DNA from: an uncultured Clostridia bacterium | Lineage (GTDB): Bacteria; Bacillota; Clostridia; TANB77; CAG-508 | DNA length: 55,415 nt | Reading direction: 5' to 3' | Assembly (NCBI GenBank): GCA_944388745.1 | Contig: CALXJZ010000002.1 | Location: 1-55,415, forward strand | Shown: positions 30,985-40,321 of the stretch, one piece after another | Position numbering within the stretch: position 1 is the stretch's first letter | How the letters are laid out: each line of letters opens with the position of its first letter | The notes under the pieces: generated by a model | Told to the model about the DNA's origin: nothing | Seen by the model: only the letters and a program-made list of their open reading frames with translations | Databases searched by the model: none | Program-made: the position numbers and the translations under genes

Positions 30985-32244
30985 TTGGAAAAATTAGTAG
31001 TAAAAGGTCCTACTCCTTTAAAAGGTGAAGTAACAATAAGCGGAGCAAAAAATGCAGCAGTTGCAATTTTACCTGCCACTTTATTAATTGATGGAGTTTG
31101 TACAATTGAAAATTTACCAAATATTAGTGATATAAAAATTTCATGTGAGATATTAAGACAATTAGGAGCAAAAATAACTTGGAACAATGAACATAGCATA
31201 ACTATTGACACAACAAATATTACAACTACAAAAGCTCCTTTAGATTTAACAAGTAAATTTAGGGCTTCTTATTATATCATTGGAGCTATGCTTGGTAGAA
31301 AAGGAGAAATTGAAGTTGGTATGCCTGGTGGTTGTAAACTAGGTGCAAGGCCAATTGATCAACATATAAAAGGTTTTGAAATGCTTGGTGCTACAGTTAA
31401 TTTGGAAAAAGGAACAATTTATGCTAAAGCAAAAAAATTAAAAGCTGCTCCAATTTACATGGATATTGTATCTGTTGGAGCTACAATTAATGTAATGCTT
31501 GCAAGTGTATTAGCAAAAGGAACAACTACAATTGATAATGCTGCAAAAGAACCTCATATAGTAGATGTTGCAAACTTCTTAAATACAATGGGAGCTGACA
31601 TTAGAGGTGCTGGTACAGATGTAATCAAAATTAATGGTGTAGAAAAATTACATGGTGGTTGTACATATAGTGTTGTTCCAGATCAAATAGAAGCTGGTAC
31701 TTTTATGCTTGCAGCAGTTGCAACAAGAGGTGATTTAACTTTAAAAAATTGTATCACAAAACACTTAGAATCAATTACAGCAAAAATTTTTGAAGTTGGT
31801 GGAAATGTTGAAGATAATGGTGATAGTATTCGTGTTTGGTGTAACAAAAGACCAAATAATGCAAATATCAAAACTCTACCTTATCCAGGATTTCCTACTG
31901 ATTTACAACCACAAATGGGAGTTGTACTAGCTCTTGCAAATGGAACAAGTGTAATAAATGAAAGTATTTGGGAATCTAGATTTCAATACACAGAAGAATT
32001 AAATAAGATGGGTGCTAAAATTACTGCTCAAGGAAAAACTGCATTTTTTGAAGGTGTAAAAAAATTATATGGTGCACCTGTTTACTCTAGCGATTTAAGA
32101 GCTGGAGCAGCACTTGTAATTGCTGGAACAGCAGCAGAAGGTGAAACTGAAATATATAATCTTGAACATATTGATAGAGGATATGAAAATATAGAAGAGA
32201 AGTTTAGAAAAATTGGTGCAAAAATTGAAAGAGTAAAAGAATAG
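30985..32244 (+). CDS. murA: UDP-N-acetylglucosamine 1-carboxyvinyltransferase
   Basis: GEVTISGAKNAA, catalytic-loop region GGCKLGARPID, 419 aa, TTG start. Confidence 0.92.
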   Translation: MEKLVVKGPTPLKGEVTISGAKNAAVAILPATLLIDGVCTIENLPNISDIKISCEILRQLGAKITWNNEHSITIDTTNITTTKAPLDLTSKFRASYYIIGAMLGRKGEIEVGMPGGCKLGARPIDQHIKGFEMLGATVNLEKGTIYAKAKKLKAAPIYMDIVSVGATINVMLASVLAKGTTTIDNAAKEPHIVDVANFLNTMGADIRGAGTDVIKINGVEKLHGGCTYSVVPDQIEAGTFMLAAVATRGDLTLKNCITKHLESITAKIFEVGGNVEDNGDSIRVWCNKRPNNANIKTLPYPGFPTDLQPQMGVVLALANGTSVINESIWESRFQYTEELNKMGAKITAQGKTAFFEGVKKLYGAPVYSSDLRAGAALVIAGTAAEGETEIYNLEHIDRGYENIEEKFRKIGAKIERVKE

Positions 32245-32339
32245 CCAATCAATAAAACATTAATAAGAAGAAATATATTAATTAACAAAGGAAAAATTAG
32301 TTTAAATAACTAATTTATGCCTTAAGGAAGGTATAAAAA

Positions 32340-33128
32340 ATGTTTAATTTTTGTAGTTTATATAGCGGAAGTAGCGGAAATAGTTTATTTGTAGAAACTC
32401 AAAATACAAAATTACTAATAGATGCAGGTGTTAGTAGCAAGAAAATTGAAAACGCTTTAAATGACATTAACATTGACCCATCCACACTTGATGGAATTTT
32501 AGTAACACATGAACATATAGACCATGTACAAGGTCTTGGAACACTATCTAAAAAATTTGACTTACCTGTTTTCGTAAATCAAGAAACTTTAGATGCAATG
32601 CCAAAACAAAAAGATAAAATTTCAGAAAACAATATTAAAACTTTTAAAATATCAGATAAATTTGACATTGGGGATTTAGAAATCAAACCATTTTCAATTC
32701 CTCATGATGCTGCAAACCCATGTGGTTTTAACATTTGGAAAGATAATAAAAAAATAAGTATTGCAACAGATATTGGACATATGACAAATCCTATTTTAAA
32801 AAGCTTAGAGGAAAGCTTATTTATAATGTTAGAAGCAAATTATGATCCAGAAGTATTGCGTTGTTCTCCATATCCTTTTACTTTAAAGTCAAGGATTGCA
32901 GGTCCAACAGGTCATTTACCAAATGAAATGGCTGGAAAGACAATTTCTCATTTATTAAAGTCTGGCTTGAAAAATGCTATGTTAGGTCACTTAAGCAAAC
33001 AAAGTAATTTCCCAGAACTTGCTTATAAAACTGTTGTAGATGAATTGATTTCTAATAATTATAATGAAGATTGTATTTCTCTTAGTGTTGCAAGTAGAGA
33101 TAATCATAGTAAAATTATTACAATCTAA
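32340..33128 (+). CDS. MBL-fold metallo-hydrolase (YycJ/WalJ-like)
   Basis: HEHIDH motif, N-terminus LYSGSSGNS, 262 aa. Confidence 0.8.
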   Translation: MFNFCSLYSGSSGNSLFVETQNTKLLIDAGVSSKKIENALNDINIDPSTLDGILVTHEHIDHVQGLGTLSKKFDLPVFVNQETLDAMPKQKDKISENNIKTFKISDKFDIGDLEIKPFSIPHDAANPCGFNIWKDNKKISIATDIGHMTNPILKSLEESLFIMLEANYDPEVLRCSPYPFTLKSRIAGPTGHLPNEMAGKTISHLLKSGLKNAMLGHLSKQSNFPELAYKTVVDELISNNYNEDCISLSVASRDNHSKIITI

Positions 33129-33142
33129 AATAGGAGATTATA

Positions 33143-33622
33143 ATGTTAAATATTCAAATAATTTGTATTGGAAAAATTAAAGAAGATTATTTAAAAAACG
33201 CAATAGAAGAATATAGTAAAAGACTTTCAAAATATTGCAAACTTGAAATTTTAGAACTTCCAGATGAAAAAATCCCCGATAAATTAAATACAAGTTTAGC
33301 TAATGAAATAAAACAAAAAGAATGTTCTAATATAATTAAACATTTAAAAAAATCTTCTTATAATATTGCCCTTGATCTAGGTGGAAAACAATTAACTTCT
33401 GAACAATTTTCAGAAAAACTACAAAATCTTTCTATGATAAATAGTAATATCACATTTATTATTGGTGGTTCACTTGGATTAACAAATGAGCTTTTAAATT
33501 ACTGCCAAGAAAAATTGTGCTTTTCAAAAATGACATTTCCTCATCAATTAATAAGAGTTTTCTTATTAGAACAAATTTTTAGAGGATTTAAAATTGCACA
33601 CAATGAAACATACCACAGATAA
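33143..33622 (+). CDS. rlmH: 23S rRNA (pseudouridine1915-N3)-methyltransferase
   Basis: SPOUT family, 159 aa, ...FIIGGSLGL...SKMTFPHQL.R..L.EQIFR. Confidence 0.88.
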   Translation: MLNIQIICIGKIKEDYLKNAIEEYSKRLSKYCKLEILELPDEKIPDKLNTSLANEIKQKECSNIIKHLKKSSYNIALDLGGKQLTSEQFSEKLQNLSMINSNITFIIGGSLGLTNELLNYCQEKLCFSKMTFPHQLIRVFLLEQIFRGFKIAHNETYHR

Positions 33623-33799
33623 ATTTTATATTTGTTTTGTAGAGAAAAGTAAATATATACAAATTCGTAGGGGCAAAACTTATACCTTATGTTTATATTT
33701 AAATTTGGGGGATTTTCTCTACAAAATTAAGAACTAAATTAAATCTTACTTTTTATCAATTAGTATTGAAATAATTTACATTCAAAAAAATATTATCTA

Positions 33800-33910
33800 T
33801 CAGTTTTCAATATTCTTTATTTCTTTCAATAATTTTTCTGATAAAATACGAATTATAATTTTCCTGATTGTAAAAAATAAGAATATAAATAACAAAATTT
33901 TATAAACCAT
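33800..33910 (-). CDS. Possible small membrane peptide (36 aa)
   Basis: Not in the ORF track. AAAGGA 6 nt before the ATG. Sequence: MVYKILLFIFLFFTIRKIIIRILSEKLLKEIKNIEN. Speculative. Confidence 0.2.
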   Translation of the reverse strand: MVYKILLFIFLFFTIRKIIIRILSEKLLKEIKNIEN

Positions 33911-34039
33911 AACTTGTCCTTTTGAATTGAATTTTAATAATTATATACCAAATGGAAATATTTGTCAACAAAAACTTTTCGACAAATAACAACATATTTT
34001 TCTAATAAAACTACATTATTATATAAATTTCTATCAATT

Positions 34040-34612
34040 CTATACAAAAAATTGACAAACTAATATACTTGTAATAATTCCAACAATATCTGCTGTTAAA
34101 GCTGCAAGTAAGATATATCTTGTTTTTTTAATCTTTACACAACTTGTATAAACTGCAATAGTATATAAAGTAGTCTCTGTCGAACCCATAATAACAGAAG
34201 CCATCATTCCTAGTGGTGTATCTGTACCATAATTTCTCATAATATCTGTTGCAATGGCAATCGAACTACTGCCAGAAATTGGCCTTAACATTGCAAGAGG
34301 CATAAGTTCAGTAGGAAATTTTACTATTGATAATAAAGGATTTAAAATATTTATTATAAGGTCTAAAATCCCAGAACTTCTTAAAGCTCCAATTGCAACA
34401 AATAACCCAATTAAAGTAGGCAAAATATTAATGACAATTCCTAATCCCTCTTTTGCACCATCTAAAAAATCATCAAAAACATTTTTCTTTTCTTTTAAAC
34501 CATATATAACAATAATTAAAATAATTAATGGCATAGCCAAATTTGAAATAAAATTTACTAATTTCATTATTAGCACATTCCTTTCTAATGGTGCAACTTT
34601 TCTTAAATCCAA
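34040..34612 (-). CDS. spmB: Spore maturation protein B
   Basis: Polytopic nucleoside-recognition-type membrane protein directly after spmA. Confidence 0.75.
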   Translation of the reverse strand: MDLRKVAPLERNVLIMKLVNFISNLAMPLIILIIVIYGLKEKKNVFDDFLDGAKEGLGIVINILPTLIGLFVAIGALRSSGILDLIINILNPLLSIVKFPTELMPLAMLRPISGSSSIAIATDIMRNYGTDTPLGMMASVIMGSTETTLYTIAVYTSCVKIKKTRYILLAALTADIVGIITSILVCQFFV

Positions 34613-34632
34613 ATATTAAAAATTATACTTAT

Positions 34633-35232
34633 TTAATGCTTTTCATTTTGAGTTACTTTAATTAATATTTTTACTGCAATAATTCCACAAATTGCTCCAC
34701 AAATAGTAGCAATCCAAACTGGAAAAACAATTGCTGTTGGATTTTCAGATCCTAATGAATTTCTAATTACTATAACTGTAGTTGGAATAATTTGAATAGA
34801 AGCTGTATTTATAACAATAAACATTGCCATAGAATCCGTTAATCTATCTTTTTGTAGGTTTTCCTCCTGCATTGATTTCATTGCTTTTAATCCTAATGGA
34901 GTTGCAGCATTTCCTAAACCTAAAATATTTGCAATCATATTCATAGAAATTTCTTTTTGAATTTTAGGTTTTGTTCTTAATTCAGGAAATAAATACCTTA
35001 TAATAGGCTTTAAAAATCCGGTCAGTTTGCCTATTACAGAAGTTTTACTTGCAACTTGCATAATTCCATTCCAAAGACAAATTGTTCCTAACAAATTAAT
35101 TGAGAGATTTATTGCATCTTCCGTGCTTTTAAAGATTTCTGAATTTAATAAATTTATATCTCCAAAAAAAATTGCGTAAGAAAATGATAATATTATAAAA
35201 ATTGGCCACAGTATATTTAACATGGTTATCAC
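34633..35232 (-). CDS. spmA: Spore maturation protein A
   Basis: Polytopic membrane protein of the nucleoside-recognition (Gate) type, paired with spmB. Confidence 0.75.
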   Translation of the reverse strand: MITMLNILWPIFIILSFSYAIFFGDINLLNSEIFKSTEDAINLSINLLGTICLWNGIMQVASKTSVIGKLTGFLKPIIRYLFPELRTKPKIQKEISMNMIANILGLGNAATPLGLKAMKSMQEENLQKDRLTDSMAMFIVINTASIQIIPTTVIVIRNSLGSENPTAIVFPVWIATICGAICGIIAVKILIKVTQNEKH

Positions 35233-35351
35233 CTAAATAATTTTATGCAAAACTTGACTTTTTATTACAATATAATTGACCTTATGCATTATTTATGATA
35301 TATTAGTACTGCATAGGATTGTAGACTATAACTTTTAAGGAGGATACGTTT

Positions 35352-35624
35352 ATGAAGTCAACTGGAATTATAAGAAGAGTAGATGAACTAGGACGTGTTG
35401 TTATACCTATAGAAATCAGAAATCAATTTAATATAGTTGAAAAAGACCCTATTGAAATATATGTTGAGGGATCATCTATCATCTTAAAAAAGTTTGAACC
35501 AAACTGCATTTTCTGCGGTAATACAAAAAATTTATTAAAATATCATGATAAATTAATTTGTAAAAATTGTTCTAAAAAAATTGGACAATTAGAAGAAAAT
35601 CAAGAAAATGAAGTAAAAGAATAA
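35352..35624 (+). CDS. abrB: Transition-state regulator AbrB
   Basis: MKSTGIIRRVDELGRVVIPIEIR N-terminal swapped-hairpin domain. Synteny with rsmI and trmN6. Confidence 0.88.
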   Translation: MKSTGIIRRVDELGRVVIPIEIRNQFNIVEKDPIEIYVEGSSIILKKFEPNCIFCGNTKNLLKYHDKLICKNCSKKIGQLEENQENEVKE

Positions 35625-35753
35625 GGGCCTATAGCCCTTTTCTAATATAAAGGAAAATATCCAATTTGTTATGTATAAGTATATAAAACTTTATTACTAT
35701 ACAAATTTTACTGCGCCTATAATAAAATTAACTTTTTAATATATAGAAAATTT

Positions 35754-36572
35754 TTAAATAAATTTCTGATAAATCTCATTTTTGCTAACATTTCTATCTT
35801 TAGCAATTTTTTTAATTATTTCTTTTTTATCTAAACCCTGACTTTCATACATTTTATAATGCTCTTCTAAACTAATATTGGTGAAATTTTCATTGTCATT
35901 TTTAATACTCTCATTTTTTTCAATCATAATTACAATTTCACCTTTTATATTATCAGCCATATCTATAATGTCATCTATTTTTCCTCTCACAAATTCTTCA
36001 TGAATTTTAGTTATTTCTCTTGCTAAAACAATTTTTCTATCCTGTATAATCTCTTTTAAGTCCTGTAAAGTTGTTTTTAATTTATGTGGTGCTTCATAAA
36101 TAATAATCGTATTTTTAGCATTTTTGATTTCATCCAATTTCCCTTTTCTAGATTTTTTATTTAATGGCAAAAATCCTAAAAAAGTAAATTCAGTTGTATC
36201 TAATCCTGAACAAATTAATGCATTTACCATTGCACATGCCCCTGGTATAGGTATAATTTCAATATTTTTTTCTATACATTCCTTTATAATTTCATGTCCC
36301 GGATCACAAATTCCTGGTGTTCCTGCATCAGAAACTAATGCAATATTTTGCCCTTCCTCTAATTTTTCAATTAATACTTTTGACTTTACATCTTCATTAT
36401 GTCTATGATAGCTAATTAATGGTTTTGAAATTTCCAAATGATTTAATAATTTTAAAGTATGCCTCGTATCTTCAGCTGCTATTAAATCAACATCTTTTAA
36501 TACGTCAATTGCTCTTAATGTAATGTCTCCTAAATTTCCAATAGGTGTTGCAACTATATATAATTTTCCCAT
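35754..36572 (-). CDS. rsmI: 16S rRNA (cytidine1402-2'-O)-methyltransferase
   Basis: LYIVATPIGNLGDITLRA N-terminus (tetrapyrrole-methylase fold). Confidence 0.88.
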   Translation of the reverse strand: MGKLYIVATPIGNLGDITLRAIDVLKDVDLIAAEDTRHTLKLLNHLEISKPLISYHRHNEDVKSKVLIEKLEEGQNIALVSDAGTPGICDPGHEIIKECIEKNIEIIPIPGACAMVNALICSGLDTTEFTFLGFLPLNKKSRKGKLDEIKNAKNTIIIYEAPHKLKTTLQDLKEIIQDRKIVLAREITKIHEEFVRGKIDDIIDMADNIKGEIVIMIEKNESIKNDNENFTNISLEEHYKMYESQGLDKKEIIKKIAKDRNVSKNEIYQKFI

Positions 36573-36583
36573 TTTCTACCCTC

Positions 36584-37333
36584 CTAATTATTATAAATTT
36601 TTCTAATTTCTTCAGTATAATTATTTTTCTCATCATAAATATATAAATTATTTTCAATTTTTAGAAATGGCTTTGCATTTCTAATTCCTTTAATTAAAAC
36701 TAATTTAGGTGGTTTATTATAATTAGAATACACCATTCGCATTAATTTCGGTTCTATTTTATATTTTCTCATTAAATCTAAAATATCTACTAATCTTTCA
36801 GGTCTATGTACTATATAGAATTCACCCTTATCTTTTAACAAATTACTGGCTACTTTAATAAAATCTTCTAAATCAGCTGTAATTTCATGTCTAGAAATTA
36901 ATTTTTCCTCTATTTCATTTATGACACCTTCCCCTTTTTTCTTATAAGGTGGATTTGTTATAATAACATCAAATTTATTTTCCAATCCTTTTTCAATAAA
37001 AAAATTATTATTTAGATTTAAAATATTACTACATATAATTTCTATTTTATCTTGCAAATTATTTAATTCTACACTTCTTTTTGCCATATTAGCAACATTT
37101 TCTTGTATTTCAATACCAACTGCTTTTTTTATATCTATTTTTCCAGACAATAAAATTGGTATAATTCCTGTACCTGTACCTAAATCTAATATTGTAGAAT
37201 TTTCTTTTATATTTTTTGCAAAATTCACTAATAATACACTATCTATTCCAAAACAAAACCAATTTTTATTTTGTATTATTTTTAAATTATTACAACCTAA
37301 ATCGTCAATTCTTTCATTTTCCTTCAAATTCAT
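36584..37333 (-). CDS. tRNA (adenine37-N6)-methyltransferase, YabB/TrmN6-like
   Basis: SAM motif LDLGTGTG and catalytic ITNPPY. Confidence 0.8.
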   Translation of the reverse strand: MNLKENERIDDLGCNNLKIIQNKNWFCFGIDSVLLVNFAKNIKENSTILDLGTGTGIIPILLSGKIDIKKAVGIEIQENVANMAKRSVELNNLQDKIEIICSNILNLNNNFFIEKGLENKFDVIITNPPYKKKGEGVINEIEEKLISRHEITADLEDFIKVASNLLKDKGEFYIVHRPERLVDILDLMRKYKIEPKLMRMVYSNYNKPPKLVLIKGIRNAKPFLKIENNLYIYDEKNNYTEEIRKIYNN

Positions 37334-37788
37334 TTTCTATTAACTCTCCTTGCTCATTTTCAATGTATTTTCTTTTTATTTCGATTTTTTACTATTTTAT
37401 TTAATTTTCATCTATTTTTTTCATTTTATAAATTATTTAATATTATTTTTTAAATTATTTTTTTTATTGCTTTTTTAATTATTTATTTTTATTAAAATAT
37501 TTAATATTTATTAAATTTAATTTAAACTTAATTTTTGAGTTTTTCTCTTTTTTTCTAATTTATTCTATTTTATTCTAATTTATTTAAAATAAAAATTTTT
37601 TAACTTTCATTTTCATAGCATTTCCTATTTTTAAGAATTTTTTTCTAATTTTTTCTAATTTTTTTAAAATTAAATTTTATTAACAAATAAATTAATTTAT
37701 CATATTATATAACAAAAATGTAAAATTAGCAAAAAATAAAATTTTCCAAAGTGGATTTATAACAAATAAAATAGAAAAGGTGAAATTG

Positions 37789-38004
37789 ATGAATAATTTT
37801 CCATCAGAAAATTTTGAAAATAATTTAAATAAAAATATAAATAATGAAAATAATAGAGGAGGAAAAAATCCTCCTCCTAAAAAACATTTTGATTTTAAAT
37901 GTTGCAAAGATAATACTATAAAATCATTAAATGAAGTAGAACATTTCCTTAATAAATTTCAACATTATTTTAAATATTTTAAATTATACAAATTATTGAA
38001 ATAA
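37789..38004 (+). CDS. Small N/K-rich hypothetical protein
   Basis: ORF with AAGGTGA upstream of the ATG at 37789. Low-complexity sequence, so uncertain. Confidence 0.3.
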   Translation: MNNFPSENFENNLNKNINNENNRGGKNPPPKKHFDFKCCKDNTIKSLNEVEHFLNKFQHYFKYFKLYKLLK

Positions 38005-38033
38005 TGATTTTTCCTCCGTCCCCAAATCATTTT

Positions 38034-38579
38034 TTAAGTTCTAGTATATACTTCATTAAATTCAGGATTTTCCTGTCCATTTATTAATATTTTAACTTCA
38101 TTGATTTCTGTTAATTCTGTTAATGTGTTTACAATACTATTAATTAAATTTTCTTTTCCATTTTCTGCTTCTTTATCATAATTTAGAAACTCAGCCGAAA
38201 AATCTAAAACTATGCAACCTCCTTCTAAATAATTTTGAAGCAACTGTGTATTTTCTGGTATTAATTTTTTATTCTTTTCATTTTTAGGTCCTTCAATTAA
38301 TAAATTAACTAATTTCTCATATGGATTTGCTATCATATCTTTTATATCCAATAACCTTGCTTCTGGAACTAATTCATTTGTTTGACTATCTAGAAAATAT
38401 AAACTTACAATCGTTTGCCTTAATTGTTCTTCTGTTATTTCTTCTTCTGGTACATATTCTTCAACTATTGTTTCTTCATTTTGGCTTTTTACATATTTTA
38501 TCGCAAAATATCCTCCTATTAAAAGTAATATAAAAAGACAAACAAATATTATTAGTATTTTCTTGTTCTTCATATGCAT
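38034..38579 (-). CDS. GerM-like (GerMN domain) sporulation/germination protein
   Basis: N-terminal TM, ...VSLYFLDSQTNELVPEARL... and ...VKILINGQ... typical of GerMN. Confidence 0.65.
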   Translation of the reverse strand: MHMKNKKILIIFVCLFILLLIGGYFAIKYVKSQNEETIVEEYVPEEEITEEQLRQTIVSLYFLDSQTNELVPEARLLDIKDMIANPYEKLVNLLIEGPKNEKNKKLIPENTQLLQNYLEGGCIVLDFSAEFLNYDKEAENGKENLINSIVNTLTELTEINEVKILINGQENPEFNEVYTRT

Positions 38580-38689
38580 ATCCTCCTCTTTAAATTAACT
38601 ACTAAATATTTATTATTTGTTTGTCCAATTTAGAACTTTTTTATTAATTTTACTTTATCTTTTTACTTTTATTATTTCATTTTATATTT

Positions 38690-39964
38690 TTAATTTTTTA
38701 ATGCTGTTATTGGAACAACATATACTCCATCTGGTCTTTTGTATGCTGCATTTGCTAATCCACATATTACGCATAATATCTTTGGAACTTTCCCATTTTC
38801 TTTTTTTATCTCATCTTTAATTTTTAACAAATTTTCACTTGCCTCATCTATTTGATTTGCACCTAATTTTATTTCAAAAGCACACCATTCTCCATTTTCT
38901 AATTCAACTACTGCATCAATTTCTCTATCTTTATAATCTTGATAATGATATAAATTGGCTCTAAATGATTCTGCATAAATTTTTAAATCCCTTTCACATA
39001 ATGCTTCAAATAAAAATCCCAAAGTATTTAAGTCATTTAATAATTTTTCAGGAGTTGCTTTAAGCAAACTACATGGAAGTGATGGATCAACAAAATGTCT
39101 TTTTTCACTTTGTTTGACTTTAACAGAAGATCTAATATTTTCTGCAAAAGGTTTTTGATTGTCAAGTATGAATAATCTAGTAAATATATCCAAATAAGAA
39201 GCAACAGTATCTATATCTATATCTTCATCATCTATTTCTTTAATATCTCTCTTTAAAGTTTTATTTGTTACAGTTGTACTTTCATTTCTAGCTAAAGAAC
39301 GCAATAATAGTCTCATTTTATTACTATCTCTTTTTACACCATCTATTCTATATACATCATCATCTAGTATTGCATCTATATATGATTCAGGTAACAGACC
39401 TGCCCTCTCAATAGGTACATTTAAATTACCTGGCCAACCTCCTCTTATAATAAATTCTATAATTTTTCTTAAATCAACTTCTCCTGTCAATTTTTCTTTC
39501 ATATTTCCATTGCATAAATCCTGTAATGATACGTCTCCTGTTGAATCTCCTGATTCATATAATGACATTGGCCTCATTCTTAATTTTCCAATTCTTCCAG
39601 CACCACTATGCAATATACCCTTATGATTTGGAGTAGCTGAACCAGTTAAAATGAATTGCCCTTTTTCTGCAGTTTTATCAACTTCATATCTTACTGCATC
39701 CCATAGTCTAGGAACTTCTTGCCATTCATCAATCAATCTTGGTTTTTCACCTTCTAATACTATATTAGGTGCTGTCTCAGCTAACTTTTTGTTTTGAAAA
39801 TTACCTTCTGGATTACCTATCATAATAGAACTATTGCTATGATAAATTGATGACCATGTCTTTCCACACCATTTCGCTCCTTCTATACATACAGCTCCAA
39901 AGGCTTTCAAATATTCATCTATCATATTATCAATTATTCTTGGCTTATAATTTTTAATTTCCAT
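38690..39964 (-). CDS. AAA+ ATPase of the DUF4143 type
   Basis: Walker A region IEGAKWCGKTW, Walker B-like LIDEWQ, and a C-terminal DUF4143-like region (...REIDAVVE...). Confidence 0.7.
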   Translation of the reverse strand: MEIKNYKPRIIDNMIDEYLKAFGAVCIEGAKWCGKTWSSIYHSNSSIMIGNPEGNFQNKKLAETAPNIVLEGEKPRLIDEWQEVPRLWDAVRYEVDKTAEKGQFILTGSATPNHKGILHSGAGRIGKLRMRPMSLYESGDSTGDVSLQDLCNGNMKEKLTGEVDLRKIIEFIIRGGWPGNLNVPIERAGLLPESYIDAILDDDVYRIDGVKRDSNKMRLLLRSLARNESTTVTNKTLKRDIKEIDDEDIDIDTVASYLDIFTRLFILDNQKPFAENIRSSVKVKQSEKRHFVDPSLPCSLLKATPEKLLNDLNTLGFLFEALCERDLKIYAESFRANLYHYQDYKDREIDAVVELENGEWCAFEIKLGANQIDEASENLLKIKDEIKKENGKVPKILCVICGLANAAYKRPDGVYVVPITALKN

Positions 39965-39984
39965 ACTAAATCACTCCTAAATAT

Positions 39985-40013
39985 ATTATACACTATTCCG
40001 TGCATTTTTGCAA
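39985..40013 (-). promoter_or_regulatory. Sigma-A promoter of the DUF4143 ATPase gene
   Basis: The minus strand reads TTGCAA, a 17-nt spacer, then TATAAT. The spacer contains repeat 1 (CACGGAAT). Confidence 0.55.
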
Positions 40014-40109
40014 TATTAATCCGTGACTTTTTTAACTTTTATTCCGTGTGTTTTTGTGATTTTATTCCGTGTGTTTTTCAAACTACATTCCGTGATTTTT
40101 TCACAACTT
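39995..40109 (+). repeat. Five tandem 23-bp repeats, consensus ATTCCGTG-NN-TTTTT-N8
   Basis: The cores start at 39995, 40018, 40041, 40064 and 40087, an exact 23-bp phase. Confidence 0.85.
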
Positions 40110-40229
40110 ATAAATATATTATATTCAAACAAAATAAAATTATTAACTTTTCTAATTTATTACAACTATATTACGTATTTTTTCTTCAAAAATAGCATAT
40201 CTCATTATAATAAAGTAAGTTTTTTCCAT

Positions 40230-40258
40230 TTGACAAAATTCCGTTTTCCGTATACAAT
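40230..40258 (+). promoter_or_regulatory. Sigma-A promoter of the activase-fusion gene
   Basis: TTGACA, a 17-nt spacer, then TACAAT. The spacer aaaTTCCGTtTTCCGTa carries two copies of the repeat core. Confidence 0.55.
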
Positions 40259-40321
40259 TATAGATGTTACAATAAAAAAAATTTTATTACAAAAATCAAC
40301 TTTTTTTGTAGAAAAGAAAGG

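Noticed and set aside
39995-40109. CRISPR array
   Set aside because: The 23-bp units are directly tandem with no unique spacers. The conserved part is only about 15 nt, and no cas genes are present. The AT-rich tracts at 6533-6830 and 37334-37780 likewise have no repeat-spacer periodicity.
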